Positions 52,201-60,557 of a stretch of DNA of 64,000 nt are shown here, piece after piece. The translations under genes were made by a program, and so were the position numbers. The notes below the pieces were generated by a model that was given only the letters and a program-made list of their open reading frames with translations, had not been told where the DNA came from and made no database searches. Each line of letters opens with the position of its first letter. Position 1 is the first letter of the stretch. The stretch comes from a virus, in IMG/VR virus record IMGVR_UViG_3300030108_004965, positions 64,001 to 128,000 of that record; one strand, given 5' to 3'.

Positions 52201-52708
52201 TCTCTAATAGATCAAAATCAATACGAGGCTTACGATAGAAGTTATCGCCGTGATAAGATTCTGAAACCAACTTGAAAATGTTATTCAAGCCAGTCTGGTT
52301 CATTGCAAGTAGAACAATGTGTCTCTTGCGGTTTAGTTCTGATTTAGATGCAGACTTGGATTCCGCTTCGTTCTCGACGGTTGTTCCGGAGCGAGCGTCG
52401 TCAATGTTTTTAGACTTATCTTTGTCTGCTCTGTGTTCTTCAAGTTTAAGTTTCCATTCCGCAACGGACTCGATAAAATATGCTTCAACACCAAAGATGG
52501 GCTTGAAGTCTTTACCTTCTTTCTTCATTCGCTTGGCGTGAAGAACTTGGTAAGCCAGACCATTCATGTTCCCGTGGTCTGTTAATGCAAGGGCTCTGCT
52601 TCCATTGTTATAAGCAAAGTCCATATGGTCTTGTGGATATCCAAATCCATCGAAAGGGGATCCAACCCCAGAATGAGCGTGTAGCCCAACAAAGTCAATC
52701 TTATTCAT
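49253..52708 (-). CDS. dnaE: DNA polymerase III alpha subunit
   Basis: PHP LHAHS..ALTDHG; PGRGSAAGSL; YPDIDYD; KFDILGL; GYGFNKSHA. Confidence 0.97.
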   Translation of the reverse strand: MNKIDFVGLHAHSGVGSPFDGFGYPQDHMDFAYNNGSRALALTDHGNMNGLAYQVLHAKRMKKEGKDFKPIFGVEAYFIESVAEWKLKLEEHRADKDKSKNIDDARSGTTVENEAESKSASKSELNRKRHIVLLAMNQTGLNNIFKLVSESYHGDNFYRKPRIDFDLLEKHNEGIIAASACLGGIYAGCYWEHREEGPRAVKQAMRDMTVKMLDIFGDRWYGELQWNAIPEQHELNRYVIQMHKEFGIPLISTCDSHYPTPDAWNDRELYKKIGWLGKGKPEWMSDELPDNVDEIGYELYPKNGEQMWADYKRYTNIIHTDVPYDDEIVRQSMLETVRIAFERIDDFLPDNTVRLPDFVVPAGHHPAEYLAQLSFEGLFKILASRSVKRGSATWVEYADRLKHELEVISDRGFSKYFLTMKSITDKTNEVQLAGPGRGSAAGSLVAYALGITQVDPIKYGLLFSRFLRADATDYPDIDYDVSDPMVLKEILIDEWGSNTVVPISNFNTLQLKSLIKDISKFYDIPFADVNKVTNTMLKEATPLAKKKHGIRAGVYTPTFEEVCEFSETLQKFFIEHPKVKSHVEGLMGQVRSTSRHAGGVVIGADLDKYMPLIASKGVRQTPWSEGQNVRQLEPMGFIKFDILGLATLRMMEECIERILQRHHGVESPTFEDVKKYYDENLHPDVINLNDKEVYKNIFQAGKWMGIFQFTEKGAQNLSKRAQPKSIIDISAITSIYRPGPLSAGVDKAYVQAVKDPLSIKYENEIVEELTRETRGFLIFQEQIALLANRLGKGISLDDANLLRKLLTKKGLDASKQAKKEEILHKFVEGCIEKGMSKRSAEDMWQKFEYFSGYGFNKSHAVAYSMISYQTAWLATYYNAEWACAFLDKEPESRKEAAINIAKSWGYTIKPLNINTSGRRWTPQDDETLIAPLTTIKGLGDAAIDEIIEKRPFASVEQLLFDGGVVARKLNKKSLDALCRASAMDDLIDSRFTGDKHFWSAVVVDKPKNKKKLNENIESYRPEGSFSTAEIIQNTQTLTGIYPINMVMTERSNKIIDQYMIPPLSEFDPDLGMAWCIPIKLSSKKSKNGKWFYTIDVIDSNSEVTRLRCWGVNPQKDLIFLNKPYVLKYPKYNETWGFSTYGAVDKKWMMIG

Positions 52709-52737
52709 GTTGTCCTCCATGATTGTATTATGTTTAT

Positions 52738-52766
52738 AATATAACGTGTTGTTGTTTAGTTGTCAA
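52738..52766 (-). promoter_or_regulatory. sigma70-type promoter (dnaE)
   Basis: TTGACA-N17-TATATT. Confidence 0.75.
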
Positions 52767-52767
52767 G

Positions 52768-53109
52768 TTATTTCATCAAGAATTGTGTAAGTATCAGAAC
52801 CAGACACAAACAAAATGAAATAATATTTTTTGCAGTCAAGAACTCTTCCCCTAGGAAATACCATGTAAGGGGAATAAATATAAGGTAGCCAATACCAAAA
52901 GTTAAGAACCTAATGACCCAAAGAGATTCGACTTCCTGATACATCATTCGTGTAGCAACTGCAAACCCAACAGAAACAATAGGGCCGAGACAAACCGCCA
53001 AGAGAATGTAGTTCTCTTCAAGTTTACCTCCGATCACACCAGCGTTGCTCTGGAACCAAGCGGCAAACTGACAAACTGCGAAAATGATAGTGGCTAATAA
53101 GAACCTCAA
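52768..53109 (-). CDS. small multi-TM membrane protein (DMT/SMR-like)
   Basis: Four hydrophobic helices; LTWYFLGE motif. Confidence 0.6.
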   Translation of the reverse strand: MRFLLATIIFAVCQFAAWFQSNAGVIGGKLEENYILLAVCLGPIVSVGFAVATRMMYQEVESLWVIRFLTFGIGYLIFIPLTWYFLGEEFLTAKNIISFCLCLVLILTQFLMK

Positions 53110-53119
53110 TGCTTCATCC

Positions 53120-54061
53120 TCATTTGGCGGCTAGTTGAAAATCATCTGACATCAACTCTCTCATTTTAAATAGTCCCAACTCTTTGTGTTTGCACTCTAG
53201 CATCACATCCATTTCAAGACCAAAGGTATTGATCGGAGTCCAGTATGAATCTGAGTGGGCATGGGCTCTGATCTTTGGGTCATTCTGCTCTACGGAGCGT
53301 GACTGACTGTAGTGAACCACGGGGCGAACATCGCCCCATGTGGAGAGAGCCAATTCAACGGCATCCAGTTGAGACAAGCCACCAGTACAAAATGTATGAT
53401 GATGGTAGTCATGTACAATGGGGATGCCTATCTTTTTGAATATACCATCGTACAACTCTTGGGTTGAATATAGCGACTCTTTGTCGTCATTCTCTACAGT
53501 CAGTCGAGACCGTACAGCGTCTGATAATCTAGCGAAGTTCCGGCAAAAATTGCCAAGGGCCATAGGTTTATCATTGTAAGCGCCTCCAACATGAATGTTG
53601 ATTTTGGCTTTTGGTGTGCGTGGTTGGCACAACAAGTCCATTAGTTTACCGTGAATCTCAAGATCACGGATGGTGTTTAGCACCACTTGCTCGTTAGGCG
53701 AGCAAAGTTTGTTGAACGGACCGGGATGCGTTGTAAGACGCATACCATGTTCCTCTGCAAATAGTCCGCAGTCAAATAAAATTTCTTCAATCTCATTGAA
53801 GTCAGGGAGATCTTCAAGTTTGTAATCGGAAGCCCACGGAAAGATGTCGGAGGACATACGAAAAAACGTGATGTCATTTTGTAAGTTCCACTCTAGAATT
53901 TGTCGCAGATCTTTCACATTCTGTAGAGCAAGTTCTGAAGCGTAGGGCAAACCTTTTGCTTGGAAGGTTCGCTTGATCATAGAGCGGTTTGTTGTGATCT
54001 TGGGCTTTTGTGCGCCAAGGGTCATGTTTATACAGGCATAGCCTAGTCGATAGTTAGTCAT
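53120..54061 (-). CDS. uvsE: UV damage endonuclease
   Basis: RLGYACIN, FFRMSSDIFP, TTHPG, LTVENDDK, DYHHH, HYS, AHSD, MLECK.KE. Confidence 0.95.
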   Translation of the reverse strand: MTNYRLGYACINMTLGAQKPKITTNRSMIKRTFQAKGLPYASELALQNVKDLRQILEWNLQNDITFFRMSSDIFPWASDYKLEDLPDFNEIEEILFDCGLFAEEHGMRLTTHPGPFNKLCSPNEQVVLNTIRDLEIHGKLMDLLCQPRTPKAKINIHVGGAYNDKPMALGNFCRNFARLSDAVRSRLTVENDDKESLYSTQELYDGIFKKIGIPIVHDYHHHTFCTGGLSQLDAVELALSTWGDVRPVVHYSQSRSVEQNDPKIRAHAHSDSYWTPINTFGLEMDVMLECKHKELGLFKMRELMSDDFQLAAK

Positions 54062-54093
54062 TGTGTCCTCCAATGTCTTTGTATTATGTTTAT

Positions 54094-54122
54094 AATATAA
54101 CGTGTTTTTATGCTACTGTCAA
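54094..54122 (-). promoter_or_regulatory. sigma70-type promoter (uvsE)
   Basis: TTGACA-N17-TATATT. Confidence 0.75.
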
Positions 54123-54464
54123 GTTTTTATTTCTTCTATCAAAAACCAACGCATTTCGAAATAATTTTTCTTTCTCTAACTCTTTGATTTCTAAAACTTT
54201 TCTTAAAATTACTTTACAATTATTTTTACGCGGCTGATTGTGAGTTCTCTCTTGGCTGTGGTCCCAATCTGGTTCCTTACCAAAAGCATCAACAATTACC
54301 CACCACCAATCTGATCCATAATTTTTAGATGTGTCAAAGTTAGGATAACAAAAAGAGATGACCTCTAGCATGTTCTCTTTGCTCCAAAATGTTGGTGTAT
54401 CTTTCAGGTACAATTCTTTGTGAATTTGTGCTTTTATTTCTGGTAGTAATTTATCTTTTTTCAT
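54108..54464 (-). CDS. hypothetical protein (118 aa)
   Basis: Start MKKDKLL after GGAGG; the ORF-track start runs through the promoter. Confidence 0.65.
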   Translation of the reverse strand: MKKDKLLPEIKAQIHKELYLKDTPTFWSKENMLEVISFCYPNFDTSKNYGSDWWWVIVDAFGKEPDWDHSQERTHNQPRKNNCKVILRKVLEIKELEKEKLFRNALVFDRRNKNLTVA

Positions 54465-54485
54465 TTTGCCTCCAATGTTATTTAT

Positions 54486-54514
54486 AATATAACTGATTGG
54501 AAGACTGTTGTCAA
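54486..54514 (-). promoter_or_regulatory. sigma70-type promoter
   Basis: TTGACA-N17-TATATT. Confidence 0.75.
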
Positions 54515-54531
54515 GTTTTTTGGTGAAGTTT

Positions 54532-55911
54532 TTATTCTTCTGCCCAATCTTTACACGCTTGACCCTTAGGAGTATTTGCTTTTGCCCCTTTGCATCCGTG
54601 CCTAGCCTTAAATGATTTCTTTCTCTTAGTGTTACCAGACTTCCCCGTAACGCGTACTCCGGCTTGTCCCCAGTGGATTCTTTTATAACCACCACTGTCG
54701 CTTTTTACACACTTCATCCATTTCTTTCCTTTACGAGTAGACGATGCCTTCTTTGTGACCTTGGTGCATTTTGAATTTTTCTTTTCTTCCAGTTCCGCCT
54801 CGGCAAGTTCGTTATTCATTTCCTCGATAACTTCCTCGATAATTTTATTTAACGATTCTTTCTTTGGATCTGTGTTCACGTTTTTGGCTTTACCTTTACG
54901 ATTTGGGTTTGGGTCTTTCTTTCTTTTTCTTTTAGCAGCGTTATCTCTTTCTTTCTTTGACATTGATGCTGCTTTTTCTGGTGATGCACATTTTGGTTTG
55001 GTCTTTTGTCCGGGTTGCTTAGCACATGGTTTTCCATCGTATTTACCGCCAATTTGCTCCCAACCTTTTTGTCCATCACCATCTTTGTCATCAAACCAAT
55101 CACGAAGACCTTCTTCGTCTAGTTGACCTTCCTCAGCCTTGACACAATTCCGATAGGTTCTGCCGAACATCTTTTTTGTTTTTTGTGTGTCATGGGTTTT
55201 ATATCCTTTTTGGCAGCGTTCTTCAAGTTCTATGTTTTTCTTTTCTTCTTGAATTCCGTATGTCTTACAGGGATCTTGGCCGCAGCCGCAGTTTTTTTTT
55301 CCTTCTTTTTTGAGAGCCTTATCGATTGATTTTGCTTGTTTACCATGTGCCTTGACAGCACCTTTTAGTTGCTTAGAAACATCCTCCAACTCTTCTTTTT
55401 CATCATCAGTGATTTCTGCTTCGTCAAGAGATTCATTTTTTTTCTTTGATTTGTTTCCCCAATTCTTTGCCCCAACTTTCCGACACTTAACAAGGGCACC
55501 AGAAGCATATGCGGATGGCCAAACATCATAACGAGCCTTTACCTTGTGATAGCAAGCGTCTTTTTTGCCATTTTCATCAAGCATTTCTTCTTCTAGAACT
55601 TCTTCAATAAGTTCATACAGCATTCTTTTCTTTTCACTTAGATCAGCGTCTTCTGGTGTTCCTTGTAATACTGCTCTGATGTCCATTGCAATATCTTCTG
55701 TATCTGCTTTATCGATGGGCTCTGTGGAGTGTCTTTCTCCATTCTTAGAGAACTCAATCCTTCCTGTGTCCTCGTTGTACATAAGAGCATTGGAGTAGTC
55801 TTTTCTGACTAGTCTCTTGATTTCTCGGAACTTAGGCTTAAACTTATGCCAGTATCTTTTTCTCTCTTCTAGAACTTCTTCAATAATCTTTCGTAATGTC
55901 TCATTTCTCAT
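54532..55911 (-). CDS. mosaic basic/acidic protein, probable internal head protein
   Basis: Three LxxIIEEVLEE motifs; DACYHKVKARYDVWPSAYASGALVKCRK; GLRDWF. Confidence 0.65.
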   Translation of the reverse strand: MRNETLRKIIEEVLEERKRYWHKFKPKFREIKRLVRKDYSNALMYNEDTGRIEFSKNGERHSTEPIDKADTEDIAMDIRAVLQGTPEDADLSEKKRMLYELIEEVLEEEMLDENGKKDACYHKVKARYDVWPSAYASGALVKCRKVGAKNWGNKSKKKNESLDEAEITDDEKEELEDVSKQLKGAVKAHGKQAKSIDKALKKEGKKNCGCGQDPCKTYGIQEEKKNIELEERCQKGYKTHDTQKTKKMFGRTYRNCVKAEEGQLDEEGLRDWFDDKDGDGQKGWEQIGGKYDGKPCAKQPGQKTKPKCASPEKAASMSKKERDNAAKRKRKKDPNPNRKGKAKNVNTDPKKESLNKIIEEVIEEMNNELAEAELEEKKNSKCTKVTKKASSTRKGKKWMKCVKSDSGGYKRIHWGQAGVRVTGKSGNTKRKKSFKARHGCKGAKANTPKGQACKDWAEE

Positions 55912-55939
55912 AAATCAAACCCTTATTTATCTAGTTTAA

Positions 55940-57022
55940 TTAGTCATAAGGAAACAATCGTCCCTCTGCTTTATCGAAAAATTCTTCGTCTAATTCACAT
56001 CCAATGAACCCACGGCCCAAATTTTTGGCGGCGAGCAGCGTTGCTGCTGAACCGGCGAATGTGTCTAATACCACATCTGCGGGATTACTATGTTTTTTGA
56101 TCAAGGCTTCCATGAACGCCAAGGGTTTTTGTGTAGGGTGAAACCTTCCTCTCTCGTGACAGATAGGGAAACGATACACTCCATTATCGTATTCCGAATT
56201 AAACGTGGGCTTACTGACTTTTACGCCGAGGAGAGCGACCTCTCTAGCGTTTGACAAGTAATTACGTTTTGAATTAAGCGGAACCGGGTTTGTTTTGACC
56301 CATTCAATAAAGCGAATCTGTTTGAATCCTGCTTCTTCCATTATACGCTTCACATCTGTAATTTTCCAAAGATCACAAAAGATAATAGCGGTTCCGTGCT
56401 TCTTTAATACGCGATAATATTCAAAAACAGAATCTCGCAAATCTTCCAAAGAAAAATTTTCGGATTTATCCCATTCACCATGTTCCGTAGATACAGCAAA
56501 ACGCTTCTCTCCGTTCACAACACTTTTGAAGCCTGATTTTTTACTAATAATATAAGGTGGATCGGTCAGAACCAGATCCACGGATCCTTTTTCCATCTTC
56601 GCCATTAACGATAGGGAGTCTGTCCACTCAAAGTCTTGGATTTCTCCTCGAAGCATCTTTAGGATCTCCTTGTGCTCTTGTTCCGAGAAAAAATCAGTGC
56701 CGTCTGTGAAGCAATCTGGTTGTTCGAATCCCACCTTTCGCATCTCTTCCATCCATTCAAATCCATGTGCTTCCACTTCCATTCCATATTCTTCATAAAC
56801 CACATGATGACACATTTCATGCAATAATACCCCAAGCATTTGTCTCTCGGAGAGTCCTTGGTTGTTTGCTAGCAAAATGGCATTACAACCCATTTCATCA
56901 TGACGATAGCTTCCTAACAAATCATCATCCATTTCTTTAATAAAAACCGGTACCGATCTGTACTCATTGTCCCAGTATTTTTTCATAAAATAACCAAAAG
57001 CGTAATTCCATATATAATTCAT
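55940..57022 (-). CDS. SprT-like metalloprotease / N4-N6 DNA methyltransferase fusion
   Basis: LLHEMCH + HG.EW; LTDPPY; HPTQKP; VLDTFAGSA. Confidence 0.85.
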   Translation of the reverse strand: MNYIWNYAFGYFMKKYWDNEYRSVPVFIKEMDDDLLGSYRHDEMGCNAILLANNQGLSERQMLGVLLHEMCHHVVYEEYGMEVEAHGFEWMEEMRKVGFEQPDCFTDGTDFFSEQEHKEILKMLRGEIQDFEWTDSLSLMAKMEKGSVDLVLTDPPYIISKKSGFKSVVNGEKRFAVSTEHGEWDKSENFSLEDLRDSVFEYYRVLKKHGTAIIFCDLWKITDVKRIMEEAGFKQIRFIEWVKTNPVPLNSKRNYLSNAREVALLGVKVSKPTFNSEYDNGVYRFPICHERGRFHPTQKPLAFMEALIKKHSNPADVVLDTFAGSAATLLAAKNLGRGFIGCELDEEFFDKAEGRLFPYD

Positions 57023-57246
57023 TTGTCCTCCATTACGTATATAAGTTTTTCAACTTCTGCGAACCAAACAGGCAACATCCCGCCATCTGCGAGTTGAATA
57101 CTTAAATCAAAAAAATTTTCTTCATCGTTTGATTCATAGATTTCTATAACTATTCCGATCTCCTGTTGAATGGCAGTGACACCGTCGTACTGCACATTTT
57201 GTAAAAACACAACAAGATCTCCGATTTCATAGTTACAAAAATCCAA
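57019..57246 (-). CDS. KOW/SH3-like mini-protein (GDLV family)
   Basis: YEIGDLVVF...IGIVIEI...LADG...EVEKL. Confidence 0.7.
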   Translation of the reverse strand: MDFCNYEIGDLVVFLQNVQYDGVTAIQQEIGIVIEIYESNDEENFFDLSIQLADGGMLPVWFAEVEKLIYVMEDK

Positions 57247-57301
57247 CTAATAATTCCCCCAATTACAATCACAGGGATCGCACTCACATACGGGGCAAGC
57301 C

Positions 57302-57604
57302 TCACTCTGGCTCTGATTCTGCATGGAGCGGATATCCTGCACCTCTCGCATACATTTTTGTTGTTTCGACTTTTGTTTCTGCGATTTGTTTTGAATAGAT
57401 TCCTGCAATTCCTTTCCCCTTCTTGTGGACGTTCATCATTATTGATTTTGCCTCTTGTTCGCCCTTATTAAATACCTCCATAAGAATCAAAGTAACCAAA
57501 TTCATTGGAGTGTAGTCATCATTATAGAATACAACCTTATATTTTCTAGGTCTGTCTATTTTTTGCCGGTCTTTCACCAGTAAGTCTTTTTGTTTTTTTG
57601 TCAT
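57302..57604 (-). CDS. clpS: ATP-dependent Clp protease adaptor ClpS
   Basis: PRKYKVVFYNDDYTPM...MMNVHKKGKGIAG.Y..IAETK...YPL. Confidence 0.95.
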   Translation of the reverse strand: MTKKQKDLLVKDRQKIDRPRKYKVVFYNDDYTPMNLVTLILMEVFNKGEQEAKSIMMNVHKKGKGIAGIYSKQIAETKVETTKMYARGAGYPLHAESEPE

Positions 57605-57767
57605 GTGTCCTCCCATGCTTTACTTTAAACTTAATTTTTTTTTCTTCGAAACAGCAGTCCTCTACCTTTTTGTTAGACAAGATACAAATTTGCTTTTCAA
57701 AATACTTTATCATTCGCCTGTATGATGCTATAGATTCATCTATAATCTTAGTTTCGTGATCAGTCAT
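57546..57767 (-). CDS. hypothetical protein (73 aa)
   Basis: Start MTDHETK. Confidence 0.5.
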   Translation of the reverse strand: MTDHETKIIDESIASYRRMIKYFEKQICILSNKKVEDCCFEEKKIKFKVKHGRTHDKKTKRLTGERPAKNRQT

Positions 57768-58660
57768 TCTATGTGACCCGTTCCAACGACTTCCCATTCC
57801 ATGTGAGTCTCTATGTAAGTATTTTCTTCCTCCCAAAGAACATTTTCAATCTTATGTCTTGTAAGATGTACGGCAACAAGAGCCCAAGTAGGATAAGATG
57901 ACAGGTACTGTCCCGGAATCGTCATCATCCCCGTGTCTCCACTAGAGCAAGCAACATAGCCTAGCAAAGAAGCGCCATCGGGTGAATAAACTGCCAACAT
58001 TATAGTAAATGTACTGTTAGATCCATAAGGTGCCCACCAAAACGTAGCACCCGTTCTGTAAATTGGCGCAGCGAAAGCATATGAAATGTCAACATACCTA
58101 AGTTCAAACGGCTCTATAGAATCAAAACCATGAAACGATGTAAACTGGGCGAAATCATAATCATCTTCTCTTGAAATAGTATGCACAGTATCTCTTATAT
58201 AAATAGAGTCAGTGAACCAAGTACCAACATAATTACCATCCATGGTTTTATAAGCGTTAAGAGTAGTATTCCCTGTTCTTGCTTTTATCTCTGCTCCCAT
58301 ATCATATAATTGGACAAGGGGCACGATCTGTGTTACATTTTGTGTGCATTGTCCTTGGGGAGGAATGTGTCTTGTATAAGTATCAAAAATCTTTTCGTGG
58401 AACCTTGCATCAAATCGAACTGTTATTTCATTTGTCTCGCCCATACAAGCCAAACAAGCCACTTGTCTCAAGTGGTAGTGTACATACCCTCCAATGCCTT
58501 CAGGAGGCTCTGTAGAGGGCTCTGAGGCTGGCTCTGTTGATGGTTCGACAGGCGGTGGTGCAGTGTCTGCTACAGTAGAAGAATCTACAATAATGTCCGG
58601 TCTTTTTGATATTGATACCTCTGTGCAGGACAGCATCAATAGTGGTAATAAATATTTCAT
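57764..58660 (-). CDS. lipoprotein with EPST-rich linker
   Basis: MKYLLPLLMLSC lipobox after GGAGG; EPSTEPASEPSTEPP; the ORF-track 5' extension lies in the tmRNA. Confidence 0.75.
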   Translation of the reverse strand: MKYLLPLLMLSCTEVSISKRPDIIVDSSTVADTAPPPVEPSTEPASEPSTEPPEGIGGYVHYHLRQVACLACMGETNEITVRFDARFHEKIFDTYTRHIPPQGQCTQNVTQIVPLVQLYDMGAEIKARTGNTTLNAYKTMDGNYVGTWFTDSIYIRDTVHTISREDDYDFAQFTSFHGFDSIEPFELRYVDISYAFAAPIYRTGATFWWAPYGSNSTFTIMLAVYSPDGASLLGYVACSSGDTGMMTIPGQYLSSYPTWALVAVHLTRHKIENVLWEEENTYIETHMEWEVVGTGHIE

Positions 58661-58674
58661 TTTTTCCTCCAAAG

Positions 58675-59006
58675 TGGTGGACTCGAGGGGAGTCGAACCC
58701 CTGTCCGCGCTAGTCTTAGTTTGAGTCATTCACATGCTTGTCTGATTCTTTCTCCAACCAGATAGATAGACGGCTGTGAAACGATGCTTACCGCCCTATT
58801 GCATCGAGTTGTTTTGATTTTTACAACTGTCCTGTTGTGTTGCCTCTCTTGGATAGATGGTTCGAGGCGACCACCCGATTAAGCCGCTAGGGCTTCTTCG
58901 AAATACAAATTGTTGTTTGCGTTTATAAAGTTTGAACGATTAAGGCTGATTCACGCCTGCATGCACTCTCTCCTTGATTCTAACACGTCGAAGCCATTGC
59001 GAGCCC
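58675..59006 (-). ncRNA. ssrA: tmRNA, tag peptide (A)NNNLYFEEALAA*
   Basis: Acceptor stem GGGCTCG/CGAGTCC-ACCA with G3.U70; T-arm GGTTCGACTCCC; tag ORF 58879..58920 ending GCG GCT TAA. Confidence 0.95.
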
Positions 59007-59019
59007 GTATTATAATTAT

Positions 59020-59048
59020 AATATAACTGATTAAGTAACAGTTGTCAA
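59020..59048 (-). promoter_or_regulatory. sigma70-type promoter (ssrA)
   Basis: TTGACA-N17-TATATT. Confidence 0.75.
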
Positions 59049-59656
59049 CTTAAATCTGTACAATCTATGTAAAAGTGTTCTAAAAAATTTTTGACAATGT
59101 TGTTTTTTTGCTCCTCAGTCTCGGCCTCATAAAGCAACCAACCGTATGTTTGTTTTTTCATTTTTATTTGTTCTCTTAGTTTTCCTATCTGCACTTTTAA
59201 ACACTCTATAGCATTTTCATAATTATCAATTGTCAGATTGTGATCTTCTACAATTTCAAATAATTCTCCCCACTTTGCATTATTTATGGCAGAAGAAGCA
59301 TTTTGAAAGATTCTATTGTACTCTTCTTGCCTTGGGTCATCAAGTGGTATTGTATCTGGGTGGAATTTTCTCGCTATTTGTCTGAAAATGTGTTTTGAAT
59401 CAAATTGATTTTTTCTCATTTCTTCTTTCATTAACTCCATGACAGCCGACTCAGAGGAAAAAATCTCAGACACTCTGGTTGCGTGTTTTTCTCTAAGCCG
59501 AGAAAGGTCAATGTTATTATCAATACAGTATTGGGTGTAGTACTTTTCGAAAAGCACATTTGCTTCTGGCATTACTTCTAGAACATAACTTAATTCGTTA
59601 GATTCTGCTCTGAATTCGTTCATCAATTTTTTGAATTTAAACTTTAACTTATTCAT
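59045..59656 (-). CDS. J-domain-containing protein
   Basis: FRQIARKFHPD...IFQNASSA. Confidence 0.75.
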   Translation of the reverse strand: MNKLKFKFKKLMNEFRAESNELSYVLEVMPEANVLFEKYYTQYCIDNNIDLSRLREKHATRVSEIFSSESAVMELMKEEMRKNQFDSKHIFRQIARKFHPDTIPLDDPRQEEYNRIFQNASSAINNAKWGELFEIVEDHNLTIDNYENAIECLKVQIGKLREQIKMKKQTYGWLLYEAETEEQKNNIVKNFLEHFYIDCTDLS

Positions 59657-60557
59657 CTCGCTCTAAATAGTTTTGAGCAATTGGTTTACACTTTTGTCTC
59701 GTAAGAATCGTCTTCGTAGGTCTTTTTATTTCTTTATCAACAGTCGCAGACATAAAGTTTTTATACTCAACCCAAGAAGAAATATTATAAAAATCATTTA
59801 CCTCCCTTTCTATCGCATTTTCAAAATTAAATGGAGCAAACACCTGATCTATTTCAAAAAAACGAGCAGACCATCTCTCTTCAATAGGAAGTGTATCGTG
59901 CTCTCTCCAATCAGATCCGGGCCTGAACCTGCCTGTACCAGACCTTATGACTTTTCTGAATTCTATGAATTCTTCTTTGCCAAACGTGAAGGAAGTGTAT
60001 AAGCCATCTTTAAAGGTCTTTCCTTCTGATGAAATATAAAAGTTTTTTGTAGAAGAAATCAGCTTCCTGTGTTCTCGAAGTTGCCATGCTGGAAAGTAAC
60101 CATAAGGAAAACTGACATAGTATTTGTTTGGTATGACCCACTTAGAAATTTCGTCGGCTATTTTAAAAACAGATAAAGATCCATGTATAACAGACCATGC
60201 CAAGCAATCTCTTTTGTCTCTATCTTTTGGGTGCACCGGGACGTAGTAAACAGGTATGTATCTTATCGTTTTTTCAGGCTTCCTTTCGTGTCTCCTGTGG
60301 GCATACACTGGGTCTTTTACAAAGTCTCCAATCTTCTTTTTTATCAAAGGAGAAATGTCATCATTACAGATGATCCAAATAGTGTCGCAGCCAACATAAG
60401 CACACTCAGCAACAGCAGCCTCAAGCAAAGAATAGTCAGGGGCGATTGGCATTAAACAATCAGGCCATGCTTGATTAAAATCTAAGGGTTGCCCAGCAAC
60501 TGGGATGATCCCTGCTAGGTGAAAGTATGTTGTGTCATTTTCTCTAGTAACTTCCAT
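59649..60557 (-). CDS. nucleotidyltransferase-fold (GT-A/NTP_transferase-like) protein
   Basis: LAGIIPVAG...PDCLMPI...AVAECAYVGCDTIWII. Confidence 0.7.
   Translation of the reverse strand: MEVTRENDTTYFHLAGIIPVAGQPLDFNQAWPDCLMPIAPDYSLLEAAVAECAYVGCDTIWIICNDDISPLIKKKIGDFVKDPVYAHRRHERKPEKTIRYIPVYYVPVHPKDRDKRDCLAWSVIHGSLSVFKIADEISKWVIPNKYYVSFPYGYFPAWQLREHRKLISSTKNFYISSEGKTFKDGLYTSFTFGKEEFIEFRKVIRSGTGRFRPGSDWREHDTLPIEERWSARFFEIDQVFAPFNFENAIEREVNDFYNISSWVEYKNFMSATVDKEIKRPTKTILTRQKCKPIAQNYLERDE

Noticed and set aside
49253-52708. Intein or intron in dnaE
   Set aside because: The length (~1150 aa) is normal for DnaE, the motifs are contiguous and I see no intein splice motifs.
58675-58715. Stand-alone tRNA (T-arm GGTTCGACTCCC plus CCA)
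   Set aside because: It is the 3' half of the tmRNA tRNA-like domain. There is no anticodon arm, and the acceptor stem pairs with 59000..59006.
58661-58729. N-terminal extension MTQTKTSADRG... of the lipoprotein in the ORF track
   Set aside because: It lies within the tmRNA. The real start is MKYLL at 58660, with GGAGG and a lipobox.
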